DNA of 34,138 nt. Source: Chiloscyllium plagiosum (Eukaryota). How positions within the stretch are numbered: position 1 is the first letter of the stretch; every line of letters begins with the position of its first letter. The DNA is taken from NCBI RefSeq assembly GCF_004010195.1, contig NC_057754.1, positions 4,905,609-4,939,746 on the forward strand. Direction: 5' to 3'. Of the stretch, positions 20,197 through 31,711 are shown one piece after another. The translations under genes were made by a program, and so were the position numbers. The notes under the pieces were generated by a model, which was not told the origin of the DNA, made no database searches, and worked only from the letters and a program-made list of their open reading frames with translations.

Positions 20197-22613
20197 CCCT
20201 AGCTATGCCTGCCTCTTTGTCGACTACATTGAACAGCCCTTCTTCAATAACTACACAGGTACTGTGCCCCAACTCTTCCGCTGTTACATCAATGACTGTT
20301 GAAACAGTTCAACGACTTCGCCCAAAACTTACACCCAGCCCTTAAATTCTCTTGGTCTGTCTTGGACACCTCCCTCCCCTTCCTTGACCTCTCTATTTCC
20401 ATCTCCAGCGATAGTCTCTAGATGGACCTTTAGTATAAACCCACAGACTCTCATAACTACCAGGACTATACCTCCTCCCAGCCAGTATCCTGCAATAACT
20501 CCATTCCCAATATCTCCACCTCCTCCACATCTGCTCGGATGAGGAGACATTCCACTCTCAAGCATGCCAGATGTCCACCTATTTTGAACAATGCGTTTTT
20601 CCCCACTCTGTCATCCAGACAGTCCTCCAGCGCATCTCCTCCATTCCCCTCTCCAAATGCAATAAAGACAGGGTTCCCCTTGTCCTCATCTACCACCCCA
20701 CCAGTCTCTGCATCCAATGTATTATCCTTAAACATTTCTGCCAACACTAATTAGACTCCACCACCAAGAACATCTTCCCCTCCTACCCTTCTCTACCTTC
20801 TGCAAGGATCTTTCCCTTTGCCAATCCTTGGTTTGCGCCACTCTCCCCACGAATCCCCCTGAACCCCCCAGGTACCTTCCCCTGCAACCGTGAAAGATGC
20901 AAAACCTGCTGGCACGCCATCCCCCCTCACTTTCATCCAGGGCCCCAAACAGTCCTTCTAGTTGAGACAGAGGTTGACCTACCTCTTCTCCAACCTAGTT
21001 TACTGTAACCGGTGCTCTCGATGTGGTCTTCTCTACATCGGTGAGACCAAACGTAAACTCATGGCACGTTTCGCCGGGCCACAGGGACTGACCTGACCTC
21101 CCAGTCACCGCCCATTTAATTCCCCTTCCCACTCCCTTTCCGACAGGCCATTCTTGACGTCCTCCATTGCCACAGCGAATCACACAGCACATTGGAAGAA
21201 CAACACCTCATCTTCCGCCTGGGCAGCCTACAGTCCGGAGGACTCAATGTTGAGTTCTCCAATTTCAAATATGCTCCCTTCCCATGAAACCGACTCCCTT
21301 TCCAGCCCTCCCCTCCCCCTCCCTTCCATTCTTTTGATCGACCCTTCCACCTATCAACCGGATTCATTCCTCCCATCGCACAACTAGGTCGTACTCTCCA
21401 CCTGTGTTCACCTGTCCCTAGGAGAAAGTGAGAACTGCAGATGCTGGAGATTGGAGATGAAAAGTGTGGTGCTGTAAAAACTGCAGGTTAGGCAGCGTCT
21501 GAGGAGCAGGAGAGTTGACATTTCGGGCATAAACCCTTCATTGGGAATGTGGGGTCTGGGGGGAAGTTGAGAGATAAATAGGAGGGTAGGGGTGATTGGG
21601 GAGGGTGGGTTAGAGCTGGGAAGGCAATAGGTTGATGCAAGTCGGGAGTGATCGTGATAGATCAGAGGGGAGGGTGGAGTGGATAGGTGGGAAGGAAGTT
21701 GGACAATTCAAGAGAGTGGTGCCGAGCTGGAGGGTTGGATCTGGGATGAGGTGGGGTGAGGGGAGGTTAAGAAATTAGTGAAATCGATGTTTATGCCATA
21801 TAGTTGAAGGGTCCAAAGGCGGAAGATGAGGTGTTCTTCCTTCAGTCATTAGGAGGCTTGATTTGGCAGTGGAGGCGGCCCGGGTCTTGCATGTCCTTGG
21901 CAGAGTGGAAGGGGAAGTTGAAGTGGTCGGCCACGGGGTGGTGTGATTGTTTGGTGCGTGCATTCCAGAGATGTTCCCAGAAATGTTCTGCGAGTTGGCG
22001 TCCTGTCTCCCTAACGTAGAGGAGACTACATCGAGAACAACAGACGCAGTTTGGATGTGCAGGAAAGTCTCTGCCGGATGTGAAAAGGTCCTTTGGGGCC
22101 TTGGACGGAGGTGAATGGGTAGGTGTAGCTGCCGGTTTTACAGCTCTTGCGGTGGCAAGGAAAAATGCCAGGTGTGAAGGGTGATTTGGTGAGGGGCGTG
22201 GACCTAACAAGGGAGTCATGGAGGGAAAGGTCTCTGTGGAATGCAGATGGGAGTGGGGAGGGAAATATCCCTTTGGTGGGGTCTGATTATAGGTGGCAGA
22301 AATGGTGGAGGATAATGCGCTGTATCTGGAAATTAGTCGGGTGGAAGGTGAGCACCAGGGGAATTCTATCCCTACTAGGGTTCTGTTCACAGGTTCTATC
22401 ACCTATCCCTACCTCACCACCCTGCCCCCTCCCCACCCAACTAACCCCCCCGACCACTATCTGCAGCTCCCCTTACACTCACCCCCAGTCCAGTAGAAGG
22501 GTTGCCCCAAACCGTTGACTTCTGCACCTCCTGATGTTGCCCGGCTTGCTGTGTTCTTCCAACCTCCTGTTTGTCTACCTTGGACCAACATCTGAAGTTT
22601 GTTTTTGTCTCTG
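20197..22613 (+). mobile_element. Penelope-like element (RT, GIY-YIG, pLTR), decayed, split by a nested PLE
   Basis: PSYACLFVDYIEQ..LPFLDLSISISSD..YKPTDSHNYQDY; NLVYCNRCSRCGLLYIGETKRKLMARFA (GIY-YIG); LEEQHLIFRLGSLQ. The 3' UTR resumes at 22399 and ends in a pLTR with a decayed hammerhead (22487-22520). Confidence 0.9.
21421..22398 (-). mobile_element. Penelope-like element 3' half nested in another PLE, 13-bp TSD
   Basis: TSD tcacct(g/a)tcccta at 21408-21420 and 22399-22411. Minus strand CVCCSRCSLLYVRETGRQLAEHFWEHL..HHPVADHFN. pLTR with decayed hammerhead at 21513-21546. Confidence 0.9.
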
Positions 22614-23694
22614 AAAATACTTTGAGCCTTGATTCTGCTCAAGTTTGTATATCACAGCTGGATAATGTACTCAAGCTTCATGTCAATTACCTGCAAATTT
22701 AAGTACTGCCACATTTGATGCACTTCTGTTTGCTATCATTCTTATTTTCAAAATCTACTTGAATGGAACAAGCCTAATAAACTGTTACCATTTTAAGAAA
22801 AAGCAATTAGGAAATCTGACTGGGGTTGAATGCTTTTGGAAAGAAGACCTATTTTAAGAGTGGAAAACATCACAAGGCATCAGGCAGACTAAGCAAAAGG
22901 CTGATGAAAATATTTTCATACAACAGAATCTTCCAGAAATTTCATTACTGAGAAAGTTCACTGATGGAATGGATTTGGCCAGAGGGAGTATCATTCAGGA
23001 AATTTGGTGATGAACTGGCTTGGCCAGAAGGTTTATCACTCGTGTGGTATCACTTATGGGCTGATCAGCCAAACTGATCGTCAACGAAGAGGCTTGTCAT
23101 TTAATTGGCTTGCCTAGGGGATTTATCACTCAGTAACTTCATTGGTAGCCTAATTTAGGTAGATCATATGTCCCTCAGGAGCCTTGCCAACAAACTGGCT
23201 TTTGATTCCTTATTTTCCCTTTTAGGTCTCTTTTTAAATCTTCAAGCTAAACAAACAAAAGGTCCAGTCACTTAATTCAGCTCTTTAATGTGAGTTGAGA
23301 GTGTTCAACATTGTAACAATGAAATTTACCTTTCATAATCGTGAGAATGCAGGAACTGGAAATACCTGTGACAAAGGTTGAGCATTAAATTCGAATTATA
23401 GAATTTTACAGCTCAGAAGGAGGCCATTGATTGTGTCTGTATCGGTTCCAGTTTCTTAATTAACCTGAAGTGAAAGGAATTAGGTTCTGACCTCACATCT
23501 GTGGCCTTTGTTTGAACTGAAATGGACTAATTTTAAGGACCAGAGGTGAAATGAAATTAACTTAAGGACATTGCCAGTTCCTAGTGTGCATGGACCCATG
23601 GCACAAACCTGAGCATTATTCAAGAGTCTTCCTACTGAGTGAGAAATATTATATGACTGCAGTAGCCTTGAGAGGTTTGGGATGTGGCACCTCA

Positions 23695-23970
23695 TGGAGT
23701 GTTGAGGAAGCTTAACTATGTATCTAAACTGCTCTGTACCTATTCTGGAACAATTGATGTGGACACTGCGGAGAACATTTTGCTGTGTATCTAACCCTGT
23801 GCTGTACTGTCCCTTGAGGCTGTTTAATGTGGACAGTACAGAGGGAATTTCACTTAGCAACCCTGTGTTGACCCTGTCTTGGGATTGTCTCATGGGAACA
23901 GTGTAGAGAGACCTTTATTCTGGATCTAACCCAGTGTTGTACCTGAGCTAGGTTTGTTTAATGAGGACAG
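23695..23970. repeat. Degenerate ~67-bp minisatellite, about 4 units
   Basis: Recurring (t/g)atctaaccc..tgctgtac..tgtttaatg(t)ggacag..agag unit, with tatctaa at 23721 and 23788 and gatctaa at 23923. Confidence 0.75.
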
Positions 23971-24009
23971 CCAAGAGGGAACTGACAAAATGACAAAACC
24001 ATTTTTAAA

Positions 24010-24140
24010 AAAAAAGCAAAGAATTGCAAATGTCTGAAATCAAAAATAAAACAGAAGTTGCTGGAAAAACTCAGGTTTGGCAGCATCTGTGGAGAGAAAG
24101 CAAAGTTAAAGTTTCGGGTCCAGTGACGCTTCTTCAGAAT
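24010..24140 (-). mobile_element. Penelope-like pLTR fragment with hammerhead motif
   Basis: Minus strand att-CTGAAGA-a-gcgtc actg gaccc-GAAA-cttt-aac..ctccacagatgctgccaaacctgagtttttccagc. Confidence 0.78.
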
Positions 24141-26391
24141 AAAACCATTCTGACAAAACCATTCACCTGTCAACAATCACTTGCTAGCACGACTCTCGTT
24201 TTGACACAGAAGGTGGTTTTACCAGAAATTGCTGTGGATTGAAGGTCTGGATTTTATTATCTTAATCCAAGGACTTGCACTCACATATGAATGTTCATTA
24301 TCCTTCATTGAAGCTGAACAGCGAAGAGATCTGTTGTCTGTTCACAGCAAATGGCCAAGAAAAATGTCTTCCTTGATGGATACCCTGTTAAATTTGAAAC
24401 TCTGCAGCCAAGTGCAAAGATCAGTGTTCATTTTCATATTGTGTAAACTTTGTAGGTCTCTAGTGTAGAGTCCATGATGGATGCATAGCTTGCAGAATGT
24501 TCGTTTGGCACATATGAGTCAAACATATAATTCACAGGCCACCCTTTGATATGTTTGACTTCTGTGGTCATGTATATTGATGTCATAGGGAAGCTCACAA
24601 ACTTCTGTTCATTTTCATTTTTTTTTATTACTAAACGAGATTGATGAAAATTATCTTTCCCTTTTTAACTTTTTCACTTCCATTATATCTCCCCTAACCA
24701 TTTCTTTATTGTGAATAAAGCATAATTTTCAAGCTATTCATAATGAATTTATTCTCATCCATGGTGTCATTTTTAAATAAAAATCAATCTTGCACCTTTT
24801 CTTTGTGTCTGATAAATTTTCTGTGACCAGGTGCTGATATTTGGGCACACTTTTCCAAATATGGTCTAACTTGTATCTCATTACTAATTAGTTTTACTCA
24901 GTTGCATAGTATAATGGTAATTCAAATAATTTTCAGTGCAAATACCATTAATTCAAATCTTGTCATTCTTCAATCGTTGTTGGCTGACATGGACATGTGT
25001 AGAGACCTGAAATTCACTTCATAAAACTTATTTGAGAATTTTGGTTTGTATATAATGTACTCAGCTATTATCAGTCAAAGTTTAATTTTCCTTCAATCCG
25101 TGCTTTGAAGTACTATAAGTACAGTTTGTGTCATACACTAATTTCTTTTATTTAGCCTGAAAATGCTGTCCACAGAGCTTCCAATACCGCAGTTGTGTGA
25201 TGTGTCACGATTCTTGTTTTTCTTTCTTTTCCTTTCTGATGAAAGACTGTTGTAGTTTCTATAGTTTACTGAGCATCAGCTTCTGAAATCTGAAGAGAAC
25301 ACTGTCTTTCTACACAATGGTTTAAAATATACGTTTTGATTGCATTCACTGTCACCCTATAGTATTCAGCTTTCTGGATGTTGGGTATGTTAATTCTTAA
25401 GACTACAGTGGGGTATCCATTGGTGCAACTGGAAAATGCATTATGTATTTTTGAAATTGAGTCACACAGAAAACAAGAACCTAATGTCCTTCCTAATCCT
25501 GTGCTGAGACAGATATTCAGATGAGACAGCACTTGTGCTGCTTCAGTCAAGTTCAGCACCCTTGCACCGAGCAAGGGGAAATCAGTTACCCGGAGGACCA
25601 CCTGGCATGATTCTGGTCTGGGAAATGTGGATATTAGACATTGGCAAGTTTGGGTTCAGTCATGATGAAATGGTCTGCTCGGGTTCATTGTGTTGGACTT
25701 ATACATGAACAAAACTCACTTAGATGAGATATCAGAGGATCCCTGCCCATTAAATACCTGGAGTTATTGCCCTCAGGACCAATTTGGAAAAAAAAACTCT
25801 GTGTAGTGAATTCTGACGCTGTTAACATTTTCCTGGTGTCCCAACTGGATTGTTCCTCTGATGGAAATCACAGCACTTTGTAAAGTTATCAGAGTGGCAT
25901 CAGTGTGGACACTCCCAAGGCCGTGCCTTAAAGAGTGATACTATCTACAGGACATTTGGCCGCAGGCAGTTCTAAATTCAGCACAGAAACAGCTACTTAA
26001 TTGTAAAAAAAAATCAACTGTTTCAACAGCCATTCTTCTCAGCTAAGCCCTTATCGTAGTGAAATAAAGATCAAAGTTAAGACTCTTAAAAAGCTTGCAA
26101 GTGGTGGAATCAGCTAAGCAGCATTCTTTTGCATTTCTGCTCTGGACAATATTTTGCAGATTATCACCATTTATTAAGCAGTAAATTTATACTTTTTAGT
26201 TACAAGGCTTGTTGTTATGTCACTACTTGTGTTGTGCCTCTATGGTGTTGGTCCATCCTGGAAACTACTTCAGGAGCTGAATGGGGTGATATGGATTAGA
26301 TCTTTGCTGCCCAGGATATCTAGCTCCCCTGGAAAACAGATAGCATGAAGGAAAAATCAGGAAAGACCTTTTTCTTCTTTCCTCTGCATTA

Positions 26392-26845
26392 TCAGCTGTG
26401 CTTCAGTGTGTAATAGTTTCACCTGAGTCAGTAGGTAATCGGTTTTATTTCCTCTCCAGAGACCCTGAGCTCACAATGCAGGCTGGCACTCTAAATATAG
26501 TGCTTTGGGATATTGTGCATTTTATTGCCTGTCCCTAGTTTCCATAAAGATGGTGGTGGCAAGCTGTCTTCTTGAACCATTTCAATCTAGGTGTTAAACC
26601 AAGGTCCTCTTGGGTTGATGTAAAAGAACTGAAGAGTTCCACTAGCGTTTTGACCAATATTTATTGCCTAACCAGCTTCGTTGAAACAAACAATCTCGTT
26701 GTTGATCCGAAATCTTGTTCTGTATAAATTGGCCACGGTGTTCACCTGCTTCATAAAAGTACATAGTCTCTCAAAAGCAATGAATTGGTAATGAGTTGTA
26801 TTAAAATGCCCATAGGTTGTGAAGAGCACGATATAAATGCATGCA
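26392..26845 (+). mobile_element. Deu-domain SINE (SacSINE-like), decayed, with a short LINE piece inside
   Basis: tRNA-like head, gttaaaccaaggtcc..gatgtaaaag..ttgaccaatatttattgcctaacca core and gttgtgaagagcacgatataaatgca tail. Confidence 0.65.
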
Positions 26846-27859
26846 CTTTCTTTGTCTTTCTGATGGTTCAGACAATATCTGCATTATGATACTTTGACAT
26901 GCAGAGAAGCTGAAAGGTGTCAAGCTTAATACATAGTCTGTAATCAGTAATTTGATCTTAATTGGTATGGTTGCTTAAGTGATTTGGTTGACTTCAACAC
27001 CATTATCAGAATGGGAAAATTATTGCCAGTCAGTGGCTGCTATTGGAAAGTATTGGATTTTAGGGTTTGAGTTGAGTCATAAAACCCTCTCACCAGAGTT
27101 AAATCATCTGTGGATAATCTCAATAATGATTTATAATGTGAAGGGTAATGCTTTGGGTCCAGCACATCTCAGTAAGGACAGAAGTGGATTTTAAATAGCA
27201 CCCCAATCTGGATATGCCAAAGTGCTTTACAGCTTCAGTTCAGTTCATTTTGAAATGTAGCAGCCAATTTTCACCAACAGCAAGCTACCACAGACAATGT
27301 AATGGGAAGCAGGGTATGTTTTAGCGGTGAAGTTTCCTTTGTTACTGTCTCAGGAAAGGTTTTTTTGTGAGTGAAATAAGAAAATAGTCAACTTTAGAGG
27401 CCAATATTGCATGCACATCTGTTGGCTATAGGGCAGCAAGAGGGAAGAGTTCATGAAATGTATCATAGTGAAAAGAAATAATTTCTACTGTGATCAGAAT
27501 TTTTTTCTTTTGAGTTTGAACCAAAGTCTGATGTTGCTTTTGAGAGTAAAGCTAAGATTAATTGCAACAGCCATACTTTTGACTACATTTTGATACCTGT
27601 AATAAAACTGTACATGGGTACTAAGTAGCAGCTCAGAGTGTATATCAATGTCAGAGAATCATTAAAAGTTGGAATGTTGAGGCAACTCTTTTGAAAAGTA
27701 CACGTACTTGGTTGTTAATTTTGAAATAGTTTGCATGACTGATTGACTCTCTGAAAGATGTGGCTGCCCCACTTAGATTAGAGCCATGTTGTTGCTGGAA
27801 GGTCTCCTGTATAACTCTCCTCCAAGGCCAAAGTGCGCCACATTTTTTTAATGTTCTGT

Positions 27860-28165
27860 GGTCAGGATGTGGTTGTCATCTGCAAGGACAACATTTGTTG
27901 CTTATCATTAAAACTCTGGAACAGTGGCTTACCAAATAATTTTAGAGAGCAGTCAAGAGTTAACCACATTGCTTAAGGTCTGGAGTCACATGTAGGCCAC
28001 ACTGGGTAATGCCAAAACATTTTTTTCAAGGACTAGTAAACCAAGTAGGTTTTTAAAAAATGCTGATAGTTGTCACGGTCACCATTACTGAGATTAGCTT
28101 TCAACAACTACGTTCCAGAAGCTGGAACAGTGGATTTGAACCTGTCTCTCCAGAGTATTAGCTCA
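27860..28165 (-). mobile_element. tRNA-derived SINE with LINE-like tail (family not named)
   Basis: ggatttgaacctg (antisense B box) at 28132-28144, body agagttaaccacattgct..ggtctggagtcacatgtaggcca, and a tail resembling the LINE end at 5620. Confidence 0.6.
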
Positions 28166-28414
28166 CAGTGAATAGAGGCTGTAAAGATGAATGTGTAGGT
28201 TCCCAATGAATCAACCCTTTCCCATTCACCCTCAATGGGCCGAATCTCTTTCCATTCATTCATATTGTACAGAATTTCTATAGTGTAATAGTCTTTTCTT
28301 TAATTGTACAGAATGCTGGTGCTGGCACAAAAGGTACCCTGATTATTCACTTTGTATTGTACGCCAAGGAAAGTACAATGAAACTTGATGAAAACACTGA
28401 ATCAGTTTCAGCTA

Positions 28415-28775
28415 TGCTGTTGTGTTCAGTTCTGGGATCTGCAACTTCAGGACAGATGTGAAGTCTTTGGAGAAATTTCAGAAAAGCATTATGAGATTGG
28501 TACCAAGGATAAAGATAGATTGGAAAACTGGGGCTGATTTTCTTGGAGAAAAGAAGCAAATGTTGAGAGGTTATTTGTTTGAAGGTTCTGACCGGAGTAG
28601 GTAAATGGGTCATATTGACTGAAAACCAGAGGGCACAATTTTAAGGTGATTGACAAATTAACAAAAGACAAACTTAAGTTTTTTTAGATGGAGTGAGTAG
28701 TTAACATTTGGAATGCATTACCTGAGAGTATAGTGGAGGCGATTTCAATTGAAACTTTCTACAGGGAATTTGGAA
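28415..28775 (+). mobile_element. Decayed CR1 3' part
   Basis: CVQFW..FRTDVKSLEKFQKSIMRLVP..TRGHNFKV..WNALPESIVEA. Confidence 0.8.
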
Positions 28776-28794
28776 AAGTCCAAATTTTGGTTTT

Positions 28795-29160
28795 GGGCTG
28801 ATAAGTGGAAGGTAACGTTACTTAGGGGTTACAATTGACCAAAACCTGAACTGGACAGTCCGTACAAACGCTGTGGCTACAATCACTGGAAGGACAAGGG
28901 TAGTGAATGCATTGGAGCACCACCACATGCAAGTTTCTCCCAAAGCCACACAACATGCTGACTTGGAAATATATCACTGTTCTTTCTCAGTTGATGTTGA
29001 AAATCTTAGAACTCCCTCTCTAATAGCACTAGTGGGTGTACGTACATCATGTGGACTGCAGCAGCTCATAGAGCAATTCTCAGGAGTGATTAGGGATGGA
29101 CAGTGAATGCTACCCGTAGCCAGAAATGCCTACATCCTGTGAATAAATGAATAAAATAAA
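28795..29160 (+). mobile_element. Decayed CR1/L2-group LINE with A-rich tail
   Basis: LGVTIDQNLNW remnant, caccacatgcaagtttctcccaaagccaca..gacttggaaatatatc and a catcctgtgaataaatgaataaaa tail. Confidence 0.7.
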
Positions 29161-30010
29161 AGATAAGCTCCCAAGGTGATAAGATTTACAAACTCTGAAA
29201 TAGAACTAATCAAGTTGCTGTTGCAGAGAGTTGTCATGAATATGTTCAGCTGATGGTTACTGCATAAAAGAGACCAATCTGTGATCCTGTATAATCAGTT
29301 CTGTTACCACCTGTAATACAGCACCACCTGTTCTATTTGCTGCTGTGTAAAATATATATTTGTTTTTATTTTATTCCTATTCTTCTTGTTCATGTTGTGC
29401 AGTGTATTAAATTAATCATTCAGTAACACACAAATTTGATTGTGCTTGCATTATGGAAATTCTGTTCCAGCCATAATTTCAATTCTAGCAGAATATTTAC
29501 TCGTAACTAACTGTCTGATACCTTGTTGCTAATTGGCATTATTCACTATAGTAACGGAAGACCCAGGTTTATGTTTTAGTTTAGTGCTGCTTGTGATTTT
29601 TTTAAAAAGTCTGTTTTGCCACATCTGGTTTCTCATCGATCTTGGAACGTTGAGGTTTCTTAAATATTATCTAATTGATAACACTTTGCTCTGCCAATCA
29701 GCTTTTGCACTATTCGGTTTATTACTTTGAAAATGGAGGTGAGAGAGCTAGGTACCAAAAATATTAGAATAAAAACTGAAAATATCAGCATTTGAAATAG
29801 AGAAGATGGGTAATGTTTCAGCTGAGACCTTTCCCTAACTGAGTTCTGAGGGAAGGTCCGCACTCAAAATGTTAACCTGCAATTTCTCTTTCAAGTGCTG
29901 ATGGTACTGCAACATAATTTAGAATATTATTTTCCTGTTTAAATTGTGGTGCTCCCTTACTTTTTATCCTTTTAAGTGCTTAATGGTGAGCATTTCCTTC
30001 TTTGTTGCAG

Positions 30011-30162
30011 ATGAACGTGAAGCGGTGCAGAAGAAAACGTTCACCAAATGGGTAAATTCACACTTAGCAAGAGTGACCTCCCGTATCACGGACTTGTATA
30101 CGGACCTGAGGGATGGGCGAATGCTGATTCGGTTGCTGGAGGTGCTGTCGGGTGAGCAGCTG
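30011..30162 (+). CDS. SPTBN2: Beta-spectrin internal coding exon (CH1 actin-binding domain), most like non-erythrocytic beta-III spectrin
   Basis: Polypyrimidine tract and acceptor tttccttctttgttgcag|ATGAACG (phase 1); donor CTG|gtcagt; 152 nt. Translates (D)[50 protein letters not shown], the beta-spectrin CH1 start. The family call is near certain. The paralog call is tentative (about 0.6; SPTBN1 and SPTB not excluded) and rests on VT, IRLL and EQL residues as recalled for fish/amphibian sptbn2. Confidence 0.93.
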
Positions 30163-30544
30163 GTCAGTATAAGCCTTTTGTGCTTTTTGTGGCAACCATC
30201 AGAACAATATCATTGTAGCTTTAGGTCAGCAATACTCACCAGCTTACACTTAGCACAGGCACAAGCTCAATCAGTATCTTGTTTGACAGACAATCAAGTA
30301 TGCTCAACACAGTAGAAGCTTAGTGAGTTGACTTGAGTTACAGGTCCATGAATGATCCACGAATTTTGATCATATTGTCAACAGCTGACCAGCCACTTCC
30401 CTGAAGGAAGAATTAAAGCTGCAACACCAGTTGGTTGTTTCTTTCACTTGCTGTATGGATATTGAGATAACTTTACCTGATTTTAGTGGACGGAAAAATG
30501 AAACATCTATTTGTTTAACGTATCTTCAAGATAGCCAACAACAA

Positions 30545-30937
30545 TAAAGCAAGTTGATACCATTCCAAGGCACCCTGTTCACCACATTAAATATTTAATC
30601 CCTTCACTGCCAATACACAGTGGCAATTATATGAGCCAACTACAAGATCATGCAGCCTCCTTCAACAGCATCTTACAAACCTGTGACTCTACCTCCTAGA
30701 AGGACAAGAGAATATCATCATTGGCAAGTTCCCCTCCAAGTCAAACACCATCCTGACTTGGAAATATGTCCCTGCTCCTTCATGTTGCTGGGTCAATTTG
30801 CTAGAACTCTGTTTCAAACAGCATTGTGGGGTGAATTCTTACACTTCAAAGTCTGCAAATCACCTAACACCTTCTCAAGGGCAGCAAATGCTGGCTTTGC
30901 CAGTGATACCTACATCCTATGAATAAATTAAAAAAAA
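30545..30937 (+). mobile_element. Decayed CR1/L2-group LINE 3' end (same family as 28795)
   Basis: caagttcccctccaagtcaaacaccatcctgacttggaaatatgtc..tacatcctatgaataaattaaaaaaaa. Confidence 0.72.
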
Positions 30938-31064
30938 ACTTAATTCATTATCAATTAATTTGCTTTGAAATGTATTCACTGTTGTTATTTACTCAAATAT
31001 GAATGTCACCTAGAGCATAGTTGCATAACAAGCATTTAAAATAATGATCCATGGTCTGTTCCTT

Positions 31065-31260
31065 TATTTGGTGCTGAATAGATTATTGGTCAGGGCACAA
31101 GTGGAATTCCCTATTTCTCTTCAAGCAGTGCCTTGGGTTCTTTCTAATCTTGCCATCACATGTTAATGGAGTCTTGGTTTATGGTTTCACCTTGAAGGTG
31201 ACCCGATGCTAGTACCTATCAGTACTGCACTGGAGTGTCAGCCTGGATTGTGCTTGCAAA
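31065..31260 (-). mobile_element. Deu-domain SINE fragment
   Basis: attggtcagggcac..ctcttcaagcagtgccttggg..cagtactgcactggagtgtcagcctggattgtg, antisense to the 26392 element. Confidence 0.62.
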
Positions 31261-31650
31261 TGTAATCAATGGTAAAGAGTTTGGAGCCTACTATATCCAG
31301 ATGAACATTTAAATCAACATCTGATTGACTGCTCAGGTAGTTTAGTATGTTAAAATCTGACCTAGCAAATCACACAATGACATTTTTCATTCATAAGAAT
31401 ATAGAAAGGAAAGGAAGAGAAGGTCATACCTTGAGTTGGCTCAGCAGTTTAATAAGATCATGGCTGAACTCAACGTCAAATTCACCTTCCAGCCCTGTCC
31501 CCATTTACCTCAATTCTGTTGACAGTTCAAATATCCGTGTATATTGTCACACGGTGGAGTTAAAGACCAGCAAATGAGTTACTCTACATCATTAGTATAA
31601 TTCCTCCCTTGCCCATTGTTTGAAAATTCCAGACCAGCTTTAACAGGGAA

Positions 31651-31711
31651 GACCAGAATTGCACGCAATATTCCAACAGTGGCCTAACCAATGTCCTGTA
31701 TAGCCGCAACA
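31651..31711 (-). mobile_element. Short CR1 fragment
   Basis: Minus strand LRLYRTLVRPLLEYCVQFWS, matching 15130-15188. Confidence 0.85.

Noticed and set aside
21842..22402. 186-aa ORF as a novel protein
   Set aside because: It is a frameshifted Penelope ORF remnant; only the GIY-YIG part is in the native frame.
23695..23970. CRISPR-like array
   Set aside because: The context is eukaryotic, the whole unit is degenerate with no constant repeat and unique spacer pattern, and there are no cas genes.
29770..29900. Additional palindromic hammerhead element
   Set aside because: gttctgagggaaggtccgcactcaaaatgttaac and an upstream inverse remnant resemble the family but are too decayed to support a structure or boundaries.
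1..30010. Upstream spectrin coding exon (ending ..FERSRIKALA) or SPTBN1-type alternative first exon
   Set aside because: No such peptide was found by eye or in the ORF track; it is probably upstream of the window.
29944..30315. 123-aa ORF as a complete gene
   Set aside because: Only 30011-30162 is spectrin-like and it is bounded by canonical splice sites; the flanks are intron read-through.
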